NCBI RefSeq assembly: GCF_006345805.1
Contig: NC_043000.1
Coordinates: 5,580,001 to 5,644,000 of the forward strand
DNA from: Octopus sinensis
Taxonomy: Eukaryota
Reading direction: 5' to 3'
Length of the DNA stretch: 64,000 nt
Below, in pieces: positions 26,475-38,299 of this stretch. Position 1 is the first letter of the stretch. The number at the start of each line of letters is the position of its first letter. The position numbers were made by a program, and so were the translations under genes. The notes under the pieces were generated by a model. It saw only the letters and a list, made by a program, of their open reading frames with translations. It had not been told where the DNA came from and searched no databases.

Positions 26475-26526
26475 ATCACTGCTTGGAATCGAACTCAGAA
26501 TCTTAACCACTACGCTATATGCCCGT
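26283..26526 (-). mobile_element. tRNA-headed SINE-like element carrying a hammerhead ribozyme motif
   Basis: Minus strand: A-box tagcgtagtgg, B-box gttcgattcc, internal (AAT)n, then gacac-CTGATGA-a-ggctg..cagct-GAAAC-GTT-gtgtt. Confidence 0.72.
26327..26372 (-). ncRNA. Minimal type I hammerhead ribozyme candidate (dimer type, palindromic AACGUU stem III)
   Basis: Core CUGAUGA and GAAA; stem I GACAC/GUGUU; stem II GGCUG/CAGCU; cleavage triplet GUU. Confidence 0.65.
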
Positions 26527-26529
26527 GTA

Positions 26530-26890
26530 TAATCTAGATTTGTTATATAATAAAAATCCTCTATATAATTCAAGTTCGTTATACTATACCGATCTGTTAT
26601 ATAATCCAGGTTTATTGTATAATTCAGGCTTGCAATATAATCCAGTTTTGTTATATAATCCAGATGTCTTGTATAATTTAAGTATGTTATATAATCCGGT
26701 TTTTTTTTATATAATCGGGTTTTCTATATAATTTAAGTTTATATGTAATTTAGATTTGTTATTTTATTTAAGTTTGCCATATATTATATAATCCAGGTTT
26801 GTTATATAGTTTAGTTTCCTATTATATAATTCAGTTTTACTAATACATGTTTTCTAATATAATCCAGATTTACATATATATAACCCAGTT
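26530..26890. repeat. Degenerate ~18-bp minisatellite (ttgttatataatccaggt); resumes at ~27420-27560
   Basis: Recurrent tatataatcc/t; translates as LLYNPG-like repeats in ORF 26519-26731. Confidence 0.8.
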
Positions 26891-26994
26891 TGGTAATTTA
26901 AACATATCTATGACGGTACAAATAATCATACTTTGTCATATAATTCGGGCTTGATTAACCAGCCATGTCAGTATTGGCTACACACTTTCTTTTA

Positions 26995-27221
26995 TTCTTA
27001 TATTCTTTTATTTGTTTCAGTCATTTGATTGCGGCCATGCTGGAGCACCGCCTTTAGTCGAGCAAATCGGCCCCAGGACTTATTCTTTGTAAGCCTAGTA
27101 ATTATTCCTTCGGTTTCTTTTTGCCGAACCGCTAAGTTACGGAGACGTAAACACATCCAGCATCGGTTGTCAAGCGATGTTGGTGAGGGGACAAACACGG
27201 ACACACAAACATATACACACC

Positions 27222-27259
<38 letters not shown>

Positions 27260-27418
27260 ACGGGCTTCTTTCAGTTTCCGTCTACCAAATCCATTCACAA
27301 AGCTTTGGTCGGCCCGAGGCTATAGTAGAAGACACTTGCCCATGGTGCCACGCAGTGGGAATAAACGGGGAAACGTGGTTGGTAAGCAAGCTACTTACCA
27401 CACAGCCACTCCTGCGCC
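26995..27418 (-). mobile_element. Full-length CORE-type tRNA SINE
   Basis: Reverse complement of the 34678-35117 family, from head to gactgaaacaaataaaag tail. Confidence 0.9.
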
Positions 27419-27899
27419 TAATAATTCAAATTTATTCCCTAATCCAAGTTTGTTATTTAATCCACATTTGATATATAAACCAAGTTTGTTGCATGTTCTT
27501 ATAATGCAGGAGTGTTATATAATCTAAGTTTGATATCTAATCCAGGTTTGTTTGTTTTTTAACATATCTTTGTGATATCACATAGAATCCAGGATTAAAA
27601 TTCTTTTTTATTAATCCGTGGGAGAGGACGCTAATACTATCCCTCCCACCATTTCTACTAGCCGTGATAACTGATTCAGAATGATTTATAAATCCTAAAA
27701 CATTTCAAGAATAACATTTAAGCATTTAACTATATATCTGAAGATCATTTTGAGAATGAGCATCGTGAGTCTTGCTGTTTGCATTGGAAGCAATCGTTCA
27801 CAGTTTTTGTTTGTGTCCTGTCCATAGGTCGATTGCATTCTATTGAAGTGCATGCTTCATCTAATCTGTTATCCTAGAGAAATGGAAGTGGCTAATGTG

Positions 27900-27952
27900 A
27901 ACATCAAGATATATATATATATATATACACACATTTCCATGTATATATATAT

Positions 27953-27983
<31 letters not shown>

Positions 27984-28045
27984 GTTATATGTATGTATGT
28001 ATGTATATATATGTATATATATATATATTATATATATATATACAA

Positions 28046-28101
<56 letters not shown>

Positions 28102-28630
28102 GTATATATACATGTCTATATATATGTGTATATGTTTATAAATATATACGTTTATGTATATATATATGTGTATGTGTGTGTGTGTGATATTAATATATAC
28201 ATACATACATACACACATACATACATACATGCATGCATGCATACATACATACATGCATGCATGCATGCATACATACATACATACATACATACATACATAC
28301 ATACATGCATGCATGCATGCATACATACATACATACATACATACATACACACACACATACATACATGCATGCATACATACATGCATGCATGCATACATAC
28401 ATACATACATACATACATACACACACACATACATACATGCATGCATACATACATGCATGCATGCATGCATACATACATACATACATACATACATACATAC
28501 ATACATACATACACAGATACATACATACATACACAGATACATACATACATACATACATACATACATACATACATACATACATACATACATACATACATAC
28601 ATACATACATGCGTGCATGCATACATATGC
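27900..28630. repeat. (TA)/(TACA)/(TGCA) compound microsatellite
   Basis: Seen directly. Confidence 0.95.
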
Positions 28631-29349
28631 TATACCATGCAAAGCTTTGTTCTTACTACATTTGGAAAGACATATAAGCCAATAACATCATCTCACTTTA
28701 TGGTTATTAACTTCAAGTTACAAGCATTAACCCTGGCCGAATTCCATATCTATATCCCCAGGGAAAATCGTGATTCTGTCGATCTATTTTTCTTTTGGCA
28801 AGGTAAATGTTATCAGGCAGTAGAATGTAGGTTATTGCACCAAAATATATCTTATAACTTTGTTTTTTCTTCCTCTGTCAATCTATGCGCGTAACCTTTT
28901 GGTTGCCTTAGACTGAAGTAGCAGTAGTACTTTGCAAATAGAATTTATCATAATAAATTATTATAAATAGTTAATGTCCTCTTGTAATATTCTTTACGTT
29001 TGCCCAGTTATGTCAATGATCAGTGGTGCTGCGTCTGTTTTCTCTTTGCTTTCTTAGAAGTGTATTTATCTTCATTTTTTATTCTCTTATATCTTATATC
29101 CCATAGTTGTTTCGGTCAACCTTTCCAGGGTTGAATCGAACAATTTGGTCACAGTACTTATTCTTTTTTTAAAGCATGGTACTTATTCTATCGTTCTCTT
29201 ATGCCGAACTGCTAACTAGTCTTTCTGTTTAATCCCGTTTGTGTTTTTATTTTTAAGTAATTTTCCAAAAGGGCATTTCTTTTGTCCTTCCTACGGCTAT
29301 GGTCCTTAGTCAACAGAACTGTAGATTTTTCTGTTATGCCTTTAGTGCT

Positions 29350-29508
29350 TTCAGCCATTAGAATGCGGCCATACTGGGGCAACACCTTGAACTGTTTAGT
29401 TGATCGTAACTGCCTCAGTTTTTATTTGAGTGAAGTATTTATTTCATGAATCTCAAACCAACACCGGTTGTCAAGACTTGATGGGGAATAAGCAGAAACG
29501 CAAACACA

Positions 29509-29572
<64 letters not shown>

Positions 29573-29640
29573 CACACACACATATGGAATCATGTAGGTA
29601 AGGAGTCAAACTTCCTTCCACACAGCCACACCTGTTGCGT
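29350..29640 (-). mobile_element. Degenerate CORE-type SINE
   Basis: tcagccattagaatgcggccatactgggg...caacaccggttgtcaag...cttccacacagccacacctg. Confidence 0.65.
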
Positions 29641-30261
29641 AGTTTTCTATTTTCCCAAACGGCTCAGTTGACTCGAATTCTGCTAATTTTCGAATGTCAT
29701 TGATTGTATTTACTATAAATTTGATGGAAGTGGAGCAATATCGATTTCATGTGTGCAGTTAAAAGAAATTAGATCACAACTTGTCCTTCGTTATCTTCGA
29801 GTAATCGATGCAAGTTTATTCTTTGGTCCTTCATAGATATATTTATAGTCCAAGACGCATTTCATTGCATCAGATCGTTAAAGATTTTGTTCCAAGTCTA
29901 TCAGCATAGACCAGTCTTTCTGTTTAATTACGGTCCTTTTAAGGTGTATTCCAAAAGTGCACTTCCTTTGTTCCTCTTACGGCTCTCGTCCTTGGCCAAC
30001 AGACATGTAGAATTTCTATTATTCTTTTAATGCTTTCGGCCATTAGAATGCAGCCATACTGGGGCAATACCTTTAAGTGTTTTGCCGATCATAACTGCCT
30101 TAGTACTGATTTCAGTCTAGTATTTATTTCATCAATTTCTATTTGTCCAGTCCATTAGTTTATGAAACATGAAGGGACACAACATAGAAGCAACGCCGAG
30201 TTTTAAACACCATATGCAACAGCTTAGATATGGACACAAACAAATTTGTGTGAGTGTGTAG

Positions 30262-31740
30262 TTATGTATGTATGCATGTATGTTTGTATGTATGTACGTA
30301 TGTATGTATGTATGTATGTATGTATGTATGTATGTATGTATGTAGGGAGGTAGGTAGGAAGGTAGGTAGGTAGGTAGGTAGGTAGGTAGGTAGGTAGGTA
30401 GGTAGGTATGTAAGAGGTAGGTATGTAGGTAGGTAGGTAGGTAGGTAGGTAGGTAGGTAGGAAGGTAGGTAGGTAGGTAGGTAAGAGGTAGGTAGGTAGG
30501 TAGGTAGGTAGGAAGGTAGGTAGGTAGGTAGGTAGGTAGGTAGGAGGTAGTAGGTAGGTAGGTAGGTAGGTAGGTAGGTAGTAGGTAGGTTAGGTAGGTA
30601 GGTAGGTAGGTAGGTAGGTAGGAGGTAGGTAGGTAGGTAGGTAGGTAGGTAGGTAGGTAGGTAGGAGGTGGGTAGGTAGGTAGGTAGATAGGTAGGTAGG
30701 TCGGTAGGTAGGTAGGTAGGTAGGTAGGTAGGTACGAGGTAGGTAGGTAGGTAGGTAGGAGGCAGGTAGGTAGGTAGGTAGGAAGGTAGGTAGGTAGGTA
30801 GGAAGGTAGGTAGGTAGGAAGGTAGGTAGGTAGGTAGGTAGGAGGTAGTAGGTAGGTAGGTAGGTAGGTAGGTAGGTAGGTAGGAGGTAGGTAGGTAGGT
30901 AGGTAGGTAGGTAGGTAGGTAGGTAGGTAGGTTAGGTAGGTAGGTAGGTAGGTACGAGGTAGGTACTAGGTAGGTAGGTACGAGGTAGGTACGAGGTAGG
31001 CAGGTAGGTAGGTAGGTAGGTAGGTAGGTAGGTATGTAGGTAGGTAGGTAGGTAGGAGGTAGGTAGGTAGGTAGGTAGGTAGGTAGGAAGGTAGCTAGGT
31101 AGGTAGAAAGGTAGGTAGGTAGATAGGAAGGTAGGTAGGTAGGTAGGAAGGTAGGTAGGTATGTAGGAGGTAGGTAGGTAGGTAGGTAGGAAGGTAGGTA
31201 GGTAGGTAGGTAGGTAGGTAGGTAGGTAGGTAGGTAGGAGGTAGGTAGGTAGGTAGGAAGGTAGGTAGGAAGGTAGGTAGGTAGGAAGGTAGGTAGGTAG
31301 GTAGGTAAGTAGGTAGGTAGGTACGAGGTAGGTACGAGGTAGGTAGGTAGGTAGATAGGTAGGTAGGTATGTAGGAGGTAGGTAGGTAGGTAGGTAGGTG
31401 GGAAGGTAGGTAGGTAGGTAGGTAGGTAGGTAGGAAGGTAGGTAGGTAGGTAGGTATGTAGGAGGTATGTAGGTAGGTAGGTATGTAGGTAGGTAGGTAT
31501 GTAGGAAGGTAGGTAGGTAGGTAGGAAGGTAGGTAGGTAGGAAGGTAGGTAGGTAGGTAGGTAGGTAGGAATGTAGGTAGGTAGGTAGGTAGGTAGGTAG
31601 GTAGGTAGGTAGGTAGGTAGGTAGGTAGGTAGGTTAGGTAGGTAGGTAGGTAGGTAGGTAGGTAGGTAGGAGGTAACTACGAGGTAGGTAGGTAGGTAGG
31701 TAGGTAGGTAGGTAAGTTGGTAGGTAGGTAAATAGCTAAG
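30262..31740. repeat. ~1.4-kb (TAGG)n array preceded by (TATG)n
   Basis: Seen directly. Confidence 0.97.
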
Positions 31741-33750
31741 TATATATATATGTTTCTTTATTAGCCACATAGGGCTGCACACAGATAGAACAAATTACAA
31801 GGTAGAGCTTTTCTTTTGAAGGTTTAAAAAAAAAAAGGAAGGGGGAGTTTCGATCAAAAGGGATCGTAAAAGGAGAGAAAGAGGACAAAAAAGGGGGGTT
31901 AAAAAAAAGGGGGAGAGGAAAAAAAAATGATCAATAGGGATCGTTATCACAGAAATGTCAATATGAAGTGTAAAGGGAAGGACAGGTGAGGTTTACCCGT
32001 GGAAAGAAAAGCCTACGGAAAAGACCACGGTAACCTCGGTCAATGGAGTCACATGTTATATTTCTTTTTTTTTTGCAAATAAGCAACTCTCTGTTTTCAA
32101 TTTCTGGGTTCATAGGATCATGCTCAAGGTGGCTTCGTCATTCATACGTGCCATTCTTGCTACATTCACCCATCTTTTTTTAAAACATTCGCTAGACAAA
32201 ACTTGCCTCTCTACTCTCACTTTCCTTTTCAAGTGGTACTTGAAGAAGTTGATGAGAGATTGACCAGAGAGGAAAGTGTTTGTCTCCAATCCTTTCAGAC
32301 GCGTCCACCAGATACATTCTTTCGCCATAGCCACAAGGATGATGAAAATAGCTCTTCCTTCCCGTTTGAAGGAGGGAGGCGTGACAATATTGACGATAGA
32401 CTCAGCTGATAAACCGACTCGTCCCACACGTGACAGCAGTTGTTCGACACAAGCCCACAGGTCGGAAATTGTTGGACACTGCACGAGTGCGTGCAGAACG
32501 GTTTCGTCGCTTTGACCGCATCTCGGGCAGGTCGGCCCCGTGTTTCTCGAGCCGTGTCTGTAGAGCTTATCCCGAACGGGTAGCGCTTCTCGGTAGCACT
32601 GCCAGGCCAGGGATCTCTGGAAGTTGTCCATGGGCCCTGGCCCGAAAGTCGTCCTGAACAGGCGGGTCAGGTACTCCTCGTCGACGTCCAGGTTCGCCCC
32701 GAGCTCGTCGTCGTACCTCCCCTCCACTAAACCCCTATAGAATGCTTTGGTTGTGTTGAAGTTACTCAAGGTAGACCCAGGACGGCAGAGTTGCTTGAGA
32801 GCAACGCGACACTCGCGGTGCCATTCGCCCTTCTTCGGCCTCTTTTTGATCCACGACTGCAGTTCGGTCATGGAGACGAGCTGCGGGAAAGCGTGCCTCA
32901 CAAACGGCGACCACACCTGTTCACCGTCGTCTACATAGAGCCAGAGATGTCGCAGTCTCAGCGCGTGTCTGCGCATCATCAACCACGGCATGTCCAGCCC
33001 TCTTTTTAACGGGTGTTGACAGCAAATGGATCGCCTGACCATCGGGACGCATCCTTTCCACAAGAAGCGAAAGAGAATGCGTTCTAGTTTGGTGATGGTA
33101 GGGTCGGGACAAGGTACGACGGTCAGGCGGTAGTAGATGACGGACGCGATGTACGTGTTCGCCACCTCCGCCCGACCTTTTAGGGACAGTTTCCTCTCGG
33201 CCCATTGCCGGGCGAGAGTGACCACCCTACTCGTTATCTCGTTCCAGTTCTTCTCCACTTGGAGGTCCGGACCAAACCAGACCCCGAGCAACTCAACCGG
33301 GCCGTCGGTCAAGCGTCCCACGACGGAGGCGCTGGTGGACGGCATGGGCTTGCTTCTCCAGGTGCCTAGTCGCAAGCCTACTGACTTTTCCCGGTTGATT
33401 TTCGCTCCTGTCACCGCTTCGTAGTTTTTCAGTGTCTCGCCGACCAGCTCGATGTGCTCGTGGCTAGACACTATGACGGTGACGTCGTCCGCGTATGCAG
33501 ACACGCTCGTCCCGCATCCCAGTTCTCGCAGGATGCCTCTCAAGGTTGCCAGCTTCCGCAATAATGGCTCGAGAGTCAATACGTATAGAAGCGACGAGAG
33601 GGGGCATCCCTGACGGACCGAACGTGCGATGTCGAAGGGTCTCGATAGATGTCCATTCACGCGAATTACCGAACGGATGCCTCTGTACAAAGCGGCTATC
33701 CAGCCGCGGAAGACGGGACCGAAGCCAGCCGCTCCGAGGACCGATATAGA
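31741..33750 (-). mobile_element. 5'-truncated Tx1/L1-clade non-LTR retrotransposon inserted in (CCTA)n
   Basis: Uninterrupted ORF with SVRQGCPLSSLLY, AYADDVT, LLGVWFG and zf-RVT CPRCGQSDETVLHALVQC; pyrimidine-rich 3' UTR ending aataaagaaac(at)n; 17-bp direct repeat taggtaagttggtaggt at 31709-31725 and 33751-33767. Confidence 0.9.
32110..33750 (-). CDS. ORF2 C-terminal half (RT domains 4-7, thumb, CCHC) of the Tx1-like element
   Basis: Open frame of about 545 codons in the ORF track (32110..33777); the N-terminal few residues come from the flanking repeat. Confidence 0.85.
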   Translation of the reverse strand, partial: SISVLGAAGFGPVFRGWIAALYRGIRSVIRVNGHLSRPFDIARSVRQGCPLSSLLYVLTLEPLLRKLATLRGILRELGCGTSVSAYADDVTVIVSSHEHIELVGETLKNYEAVTGAKINREKSVGLRLGTWRSKPMPSTSASVVGRLTDGPVELLGVWFGPDLQVEKNWNEITSRVVTLARQWAERKLSLKGRAEVANTYIASVIYYRLTVVPCPDPTITKLERILFRFLWKGCVPMVRRSICCQHPLKRGLDMPWLMMRRHALRLRHLWLYVDDGEQVWSPFVRHAFPQLVSMTELQSWIKKRPKKGEWHRECRVALKQLCRPGSTLSNFNTTKAFYRGLVEGRYDDELGANLDVDEEYLTRLFRTTFGPGPMDNFQRSLAWQCYREALPVRDKLYRHGSRNTGPTCPRCGQSDETVLHALVQCPTISDLWACVEQLLSRVGRVGLSAESIVNIVTPPSFKREGRAIFIILVAMAKECIWWTRLKGLETNTFLSGQSLINFFKYHLKRKVRVERQVLSSECFKKRWVNVARMARMNDEATLSMIL

Positions 33751-33772
33751 TAGGTAAGTTGGTAGGTGTGTA

Positions 33773-33886
33773 GGCACATGGCCTAGTGGTTAGAGCAGCG
33801 GACTCGCGGTCGAGGGATCGCGGGTTCGAATCTCAGACCGGGCGATGTGTGTGTTTATGAGCGAAACACCTAAACTCCACGCAGCT
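33773..33886 (+). mobile_element. tRNA-derived SINE head (5' part only)
   Basis: A-box tggcctagtgg and B-box ggttcgaatc, continuing into non-tRNA sequence gagcgaaacacctaa. Confidence 0.8.
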
Positions 33887-34078
33887 GAGCGGTATTTCGT
33901 CTGCCGTTACGTTGTGAGTTCAAATTCCGCCGAGGTCGACTTTGCTTTTCATCCTTTCGGGGTCGATAAATTAAGTACCAGTTTCGCACTGGGGTCGATG
34001 TAATCGACTTAATACCTATGTCTCTCCTTGTTTGTCTCCTCTGTGTTTAGCCCCTTGTGGGTAATAAAGAAATAGGTA
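33887..34078 (+). mobile_element. 5'-truncated tRNA SINE body starting at agcGGTATTT and ending in (GGTA)n
   Basis: Same body as 46447-46679 and the 62.8-63.6 kb units. Confidence 0.9.
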
Positions 34079-34250
34079 GTTAGGTAGGTAGGTAGGTATA
34101 TGTAGGTAGGAAGGTAGGTAGGTAGGTAGGTAGGTAGGTAGGTGTAGGTAGGTAGGTAGGCAGGTAGGAAGGTAGGTAGGTAGGTAGGTAGGTATGTATG
34201 TAGGTAGGTAGGTAGGTATGTAGGTAGGTAGGTAGGTGAGTAGATAGGTA
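34075..34250. repeat. (TAGG)n microsatellite
   Basis: Seen directly. Confidence 0.95.
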
Positions 34251-34677
34251 AACGAAGGCATTCTACATAGTTTCTGTTTGCTAAATATCACTCAGGAAGC
34301 ATGGTTGAACCTGAGCCAGAAGTAAAGTTATTCAATGAAACTGAATAATGTGTCCATTGAATTAGCTTCAAAGTGGCTGAGTATTCCACAGACACGTATA
34401 ACCTAAATATAATTCTCCTGCATAATCAGGGTGACACAGTGTAAGATGCGTTTGTACCATTGAATTACAGATATAATCCATCCAATGAGCTTCTCTACAG
34501 TTTCCTTCGACCCAATTTCATTCACTATGTATGGGTCGATTTGAGGCTATGGAAAATGACATTTGCTCAAGATACAACGTATGGGGTTCGAACGAGGGCC
34601 CTCGCAATTGCGAAATGAGCTTCTTAACTATTCGCCTACATTGCGTTTTTCGTAAGGCGTTTTAAAACTTTCGATAA

Positions 34678-34835
34678 CAGGAGTGGCTGTGTGGTAAGTA
34701 GCTTGCTAACCAACCACATAGTTCCGGGTTCAGTCCCACTGCGTGGCATCTTGGGCAAGTGTCTTCTGCTATAGCCCCGGGCCGACCAATGCCTTGTGAG
34801 TGGATTTGGTAGACGGAAACTGAAAGAAGCCTGTC

Positions 34836-34905
<70 letters not shown>

Positions 34906-35117
34906 GTGTGTTTGTGTGTCTGTGTTTGTCCCCCTAGCATTGCTTGACAACCGATGCTGGTGTGTTTACGTCTCCGTCACTTAGCGGTTCGGCAAAAGAG
35001 ACCGATAGAATAAGTACTGGGCTTACAAAGAATAAGTCCTGGAGTCGATTTGCTCGACTAAAGGCGGTGCTCCAGCATGGCCGCAGTCAAATGACTGAAA
35101 CAAGTAAAAGAGTAAAG
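34678..35117 (+). mobile_element. Full-length CORE-type tRNA SINE with internal (TA)/(TG) tract
   Basis: tRNA-like head (tggtaagtagc..ggttcagtcc), cttgggcaagtg core, and 3' region ending gactgaaacaagtaaaagag. Confidence 0.9.
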
Positions 35118-35769
35118 ATTATATATGTAGTTTCTATTAACAGGCATTTTCAAAATGTGCATTTGTAGAATGTCTGTGTACAATAGTAGTTTGTTGCTGG
35201 ATATCGCTTGAAAATCGCAGAGATTTAGAAAACTACGCTTATCTCTGACCCTTGCGGAGAATGAAAGTATTAAATTTGTTTCAGTAAATTATTTTCAAAG
35301 AAAAAAATTATTGAATCCACCCAAATGGAGACTTTATCTAAATATTTAATGCAAATATTTTATGGAAATGGTTTAACCAATAAAACATGAGGCCTGCCAA
35401 CTTACAAACAACTACTCTTTCCACTTAATATAACGTTATCTTCGTATAAAATATTGTTATCGCGAAACAAAAGAAGTAATCTTAATCTCTTAATAACGTC
35501 TTCTTATTTAAATCCATTTGTATCCAAATGTCCTGCTATTCCGATTACATATATTATCCTCATTTTAATAATGGTGCCAATTTTCTGATTTAAATAAGAT
35601 AAATTAACTCAATAGAATTTTATTCCATCAATTTAAAGAAACTATACATAAATTATTGAATTCAAAATAGAGAAGCAATTGTACGCTTCCTTTTTTTTTT
35701 TGTTAATTAAGATTAGTTCAGTTATTTGGGTGTGCCGTAAAAGCATACTATATAAATTAGACTAATAAT

Positions 35770-36325
35770 CTTATAATAATTCTGCTTGTTTCTCCGTTAC
35801 TTAGCCCGTCGGTAACGCTTCCATGTGATTAGTTGAATGGGGTGGAGGAGAGGGAGTGGAGTTCAGGAGAGATACGGGGAGAGGAGAGATAGTGGAGGGC
35901 TGATCGGAGGAGATCGGGGAGATAGGGAAGAGGAGGGAAAAGTGGTGTTGAGTGAAATGAGTAATTTTTTTTAGCAGAGGTTTTTTCTCTGTTATTTAGC
36001 TCATCTGTAACACATTCACGTGATTAGTTGAAGGGAAAGGCGAAAAGGAAAAGAATAGAGAGAAAGAGGGTAAGGTGAAGAGTGAGAGAGAAAGAAAGAG
36101 GGTGCTATCTATTAAGTCTATTAAATTGTGCATAAAGTATATAAAGTATATATAAAAAATGCATTACGTAATCATCGTATTCCAATTTCCTTCACTTTTC
36201 AATGATTAGTAGATGAGCGGCTATTTTTTGATACAGACAAAATACAGGTTTTTTTGATAAAGTTTTCAGAAATAATCCAATAAGTTTACTATTAATTCCG
36301 TGAAATATTCAGGGCTCCTGCTAGT
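35770..36325 (+). mobile_element. Possible non-autonomous Helitron-like element
   Basis: Starts near TC in atcttataataa and ends gggctcctgCTAG|T; purine-rich interior with a duplicated cgtgattagttgaa motif. No coding evidence. Confidence 0.3.
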
Positions 36326-36379
36326 AATAATAATAATGATACTAGTAATAATAACAACAACAACAATAAGACACTAAAA

Positions 36380-37400
36380 ATATAGGAGTCACTAACTTAT
36401 TGATCTATGAGGGAGGCGTAGTAGTCACCAGAAGATTGGATATCTCACAGGGAAAGACTAAAGAGAGAAAATGTGGAAAAGGAGACTACAAAATAAAGTG
36501 AAGACTTTAAGACAGGATCTGAGTAGAATAGAAGCCTGGAAAGCAAACAAGTTAAAAAACACTCCGCAAATCTTCCCTCGAGAAAAGATATTTAGTCAAA
36601 GAGAAAGGAATTGAGACTGTAATAGAAGAGTTGAAACAGCGTATCATAACAGTAACAGACAAGCCCTCCAGATAGCAGAAAAGAATAGATCAGTATCAAC
36701 GGAATAGATTATTTGAGGCAGACCAGAGGAGATTTTATAACCAAATAAATAGGGGAGAACGAAGTACTGAAGATGAGAAACCTAATGCAGAAAAAGCTAG
36801 AAAGTTCTGGAGTAATATTTGGGATAAGCCAGTCAATCATAATGGAGATGCAGTATGATTAAAGAAAGTGAGGGAAGAAGTAGTGAGTGAGAAGCTGTCA
36901 GATCTGAGATTAGCTAGTGCATTAATGAGTAAAGTGTTAGGAAAAATGCTGACTTGGAAGGGCCCAGAACCAGATTTAGTTCAAGGGTACTGGCTAAAGA
37001 AATTCAGTAGTTTATATGGGAGTCTGAGGGAACAACTTCAGGATTGCCATAATGGAGGAATAATACCAGATTGGGTGACTAGAGGGAAGACAAAATTTGC
37101 TATGAAAGATAAAGTCCTTTACTTTATCTTTCATAGCACAATCACTTGCTTACCATTAGTGAGGAAGCTGTTGACAGGATGCAGGTAGAACTGTGCTGTA
37201 AGACCTCAATGAACAGGTACTTATCTAGTACTGAGAACTGGCTGCTGCGGCTTCTGTGCAAACACGAAAGCAGCAAAAATTCACATTCTATTGTCAAGGG
37301 AGCTTTTTTCAAATTCACGAGGGAACTTGGCATTAACCTTGAATTAGATGAAGAACTTGAAACCACTGCCACAAAACAAGCAAAACGGATCATCATTAGA
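36380..37400 (+). mobile_element. Chimeric R4/Dong-type fragments (pre-RT region joined to post-RT region)
   Basis: NRLFEADQRRFY, KFWSNIW, WKGPEPDLVQGYWLKK, TITCLP; then MQVEL..NRYL..WLLRLLCKHESSK, homologous to 34-234; preceded by (AAT/AAC)n. Confidence 0.8.
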
Positions 37401-38299
37401 AAATTAAAAAGATTTAAAAGCTACAATTCTCTGTGAAAATCTTGCCCTTCTTTACTCCCTGACTAGTCGAATATTTAGACGTACCTTTTATTGCAGCAAC
37501 ACTATTAAACGCACGATAAAACGTACCTTTTATTCCAACAACACAATTAAACGCGACAAAAATTTCCTCCAAAACAAGTTGAAAATCTTACATATCCACA
37601 TTTTTCTCTGGCCGAACACACAAACGATCATCTTTAAAAAATTTGAAAGTTTAGGAGATAAACAACTGCGAATATATACAAACTACACAATTACGAAAAC
37701 TAAACCACGGCAAAACCTATAAAAAGGCAAGAAAAATTCAGCGATGTAAATATCAATATGTGTGTGAGTATGTGTACATATTTATTATTGTTGTTTTTTT
37801 TTTCTATCTGTAATAAAAACGGAACAGGGTGAGTTGGCTTTTCCAAGGCAAAGGTCAGCCCTCTCATTGGTCGCTTGTAGTAGTAAACACATTTGACCTC
37901 TGCTGACCGCAAGGGTGTAACGCGTCTTTTGTTTCCTGATCGCACTACTACTGCTACTAATAATAAGCATTATAATAGCAATTCGCCTGGAGACAAACAC
38001 ACTCATGTGACAGCTTTTACATCCTGCTGACAGAACACATCGAATCCCATTATCACTTCTACCACCACCACCGCCTACGTCATCACCACCCCACTGGAAA
38101 TAGCTCGGAGGTAATGCTAGTTGGAGATTGTATGATGGTCCTGTCTTTTGTCTATCTATCTCTATCTCCCTCTAGCTGTCAATTCAATACCTGCCTCTTT
38201 CTACGATGCTACATGAATTCTAGCGGCCTGCTATTTGACACCTTTCAGGCGGCAGAACATGACATGAACTAATTTTAAACTTTACAACATTTTTCCCCG

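Noticed and set aside
30340-31740. Interstitial telomeric repeat
   Set aside because: The unit is TAGG, not TTAGGG or TTAGG.
33773-33845. tRNA gene
   Set aside because: Has A and B boxes but an imperfect cloverleaf and continues into SINE body sequence; treated as a SINE head.
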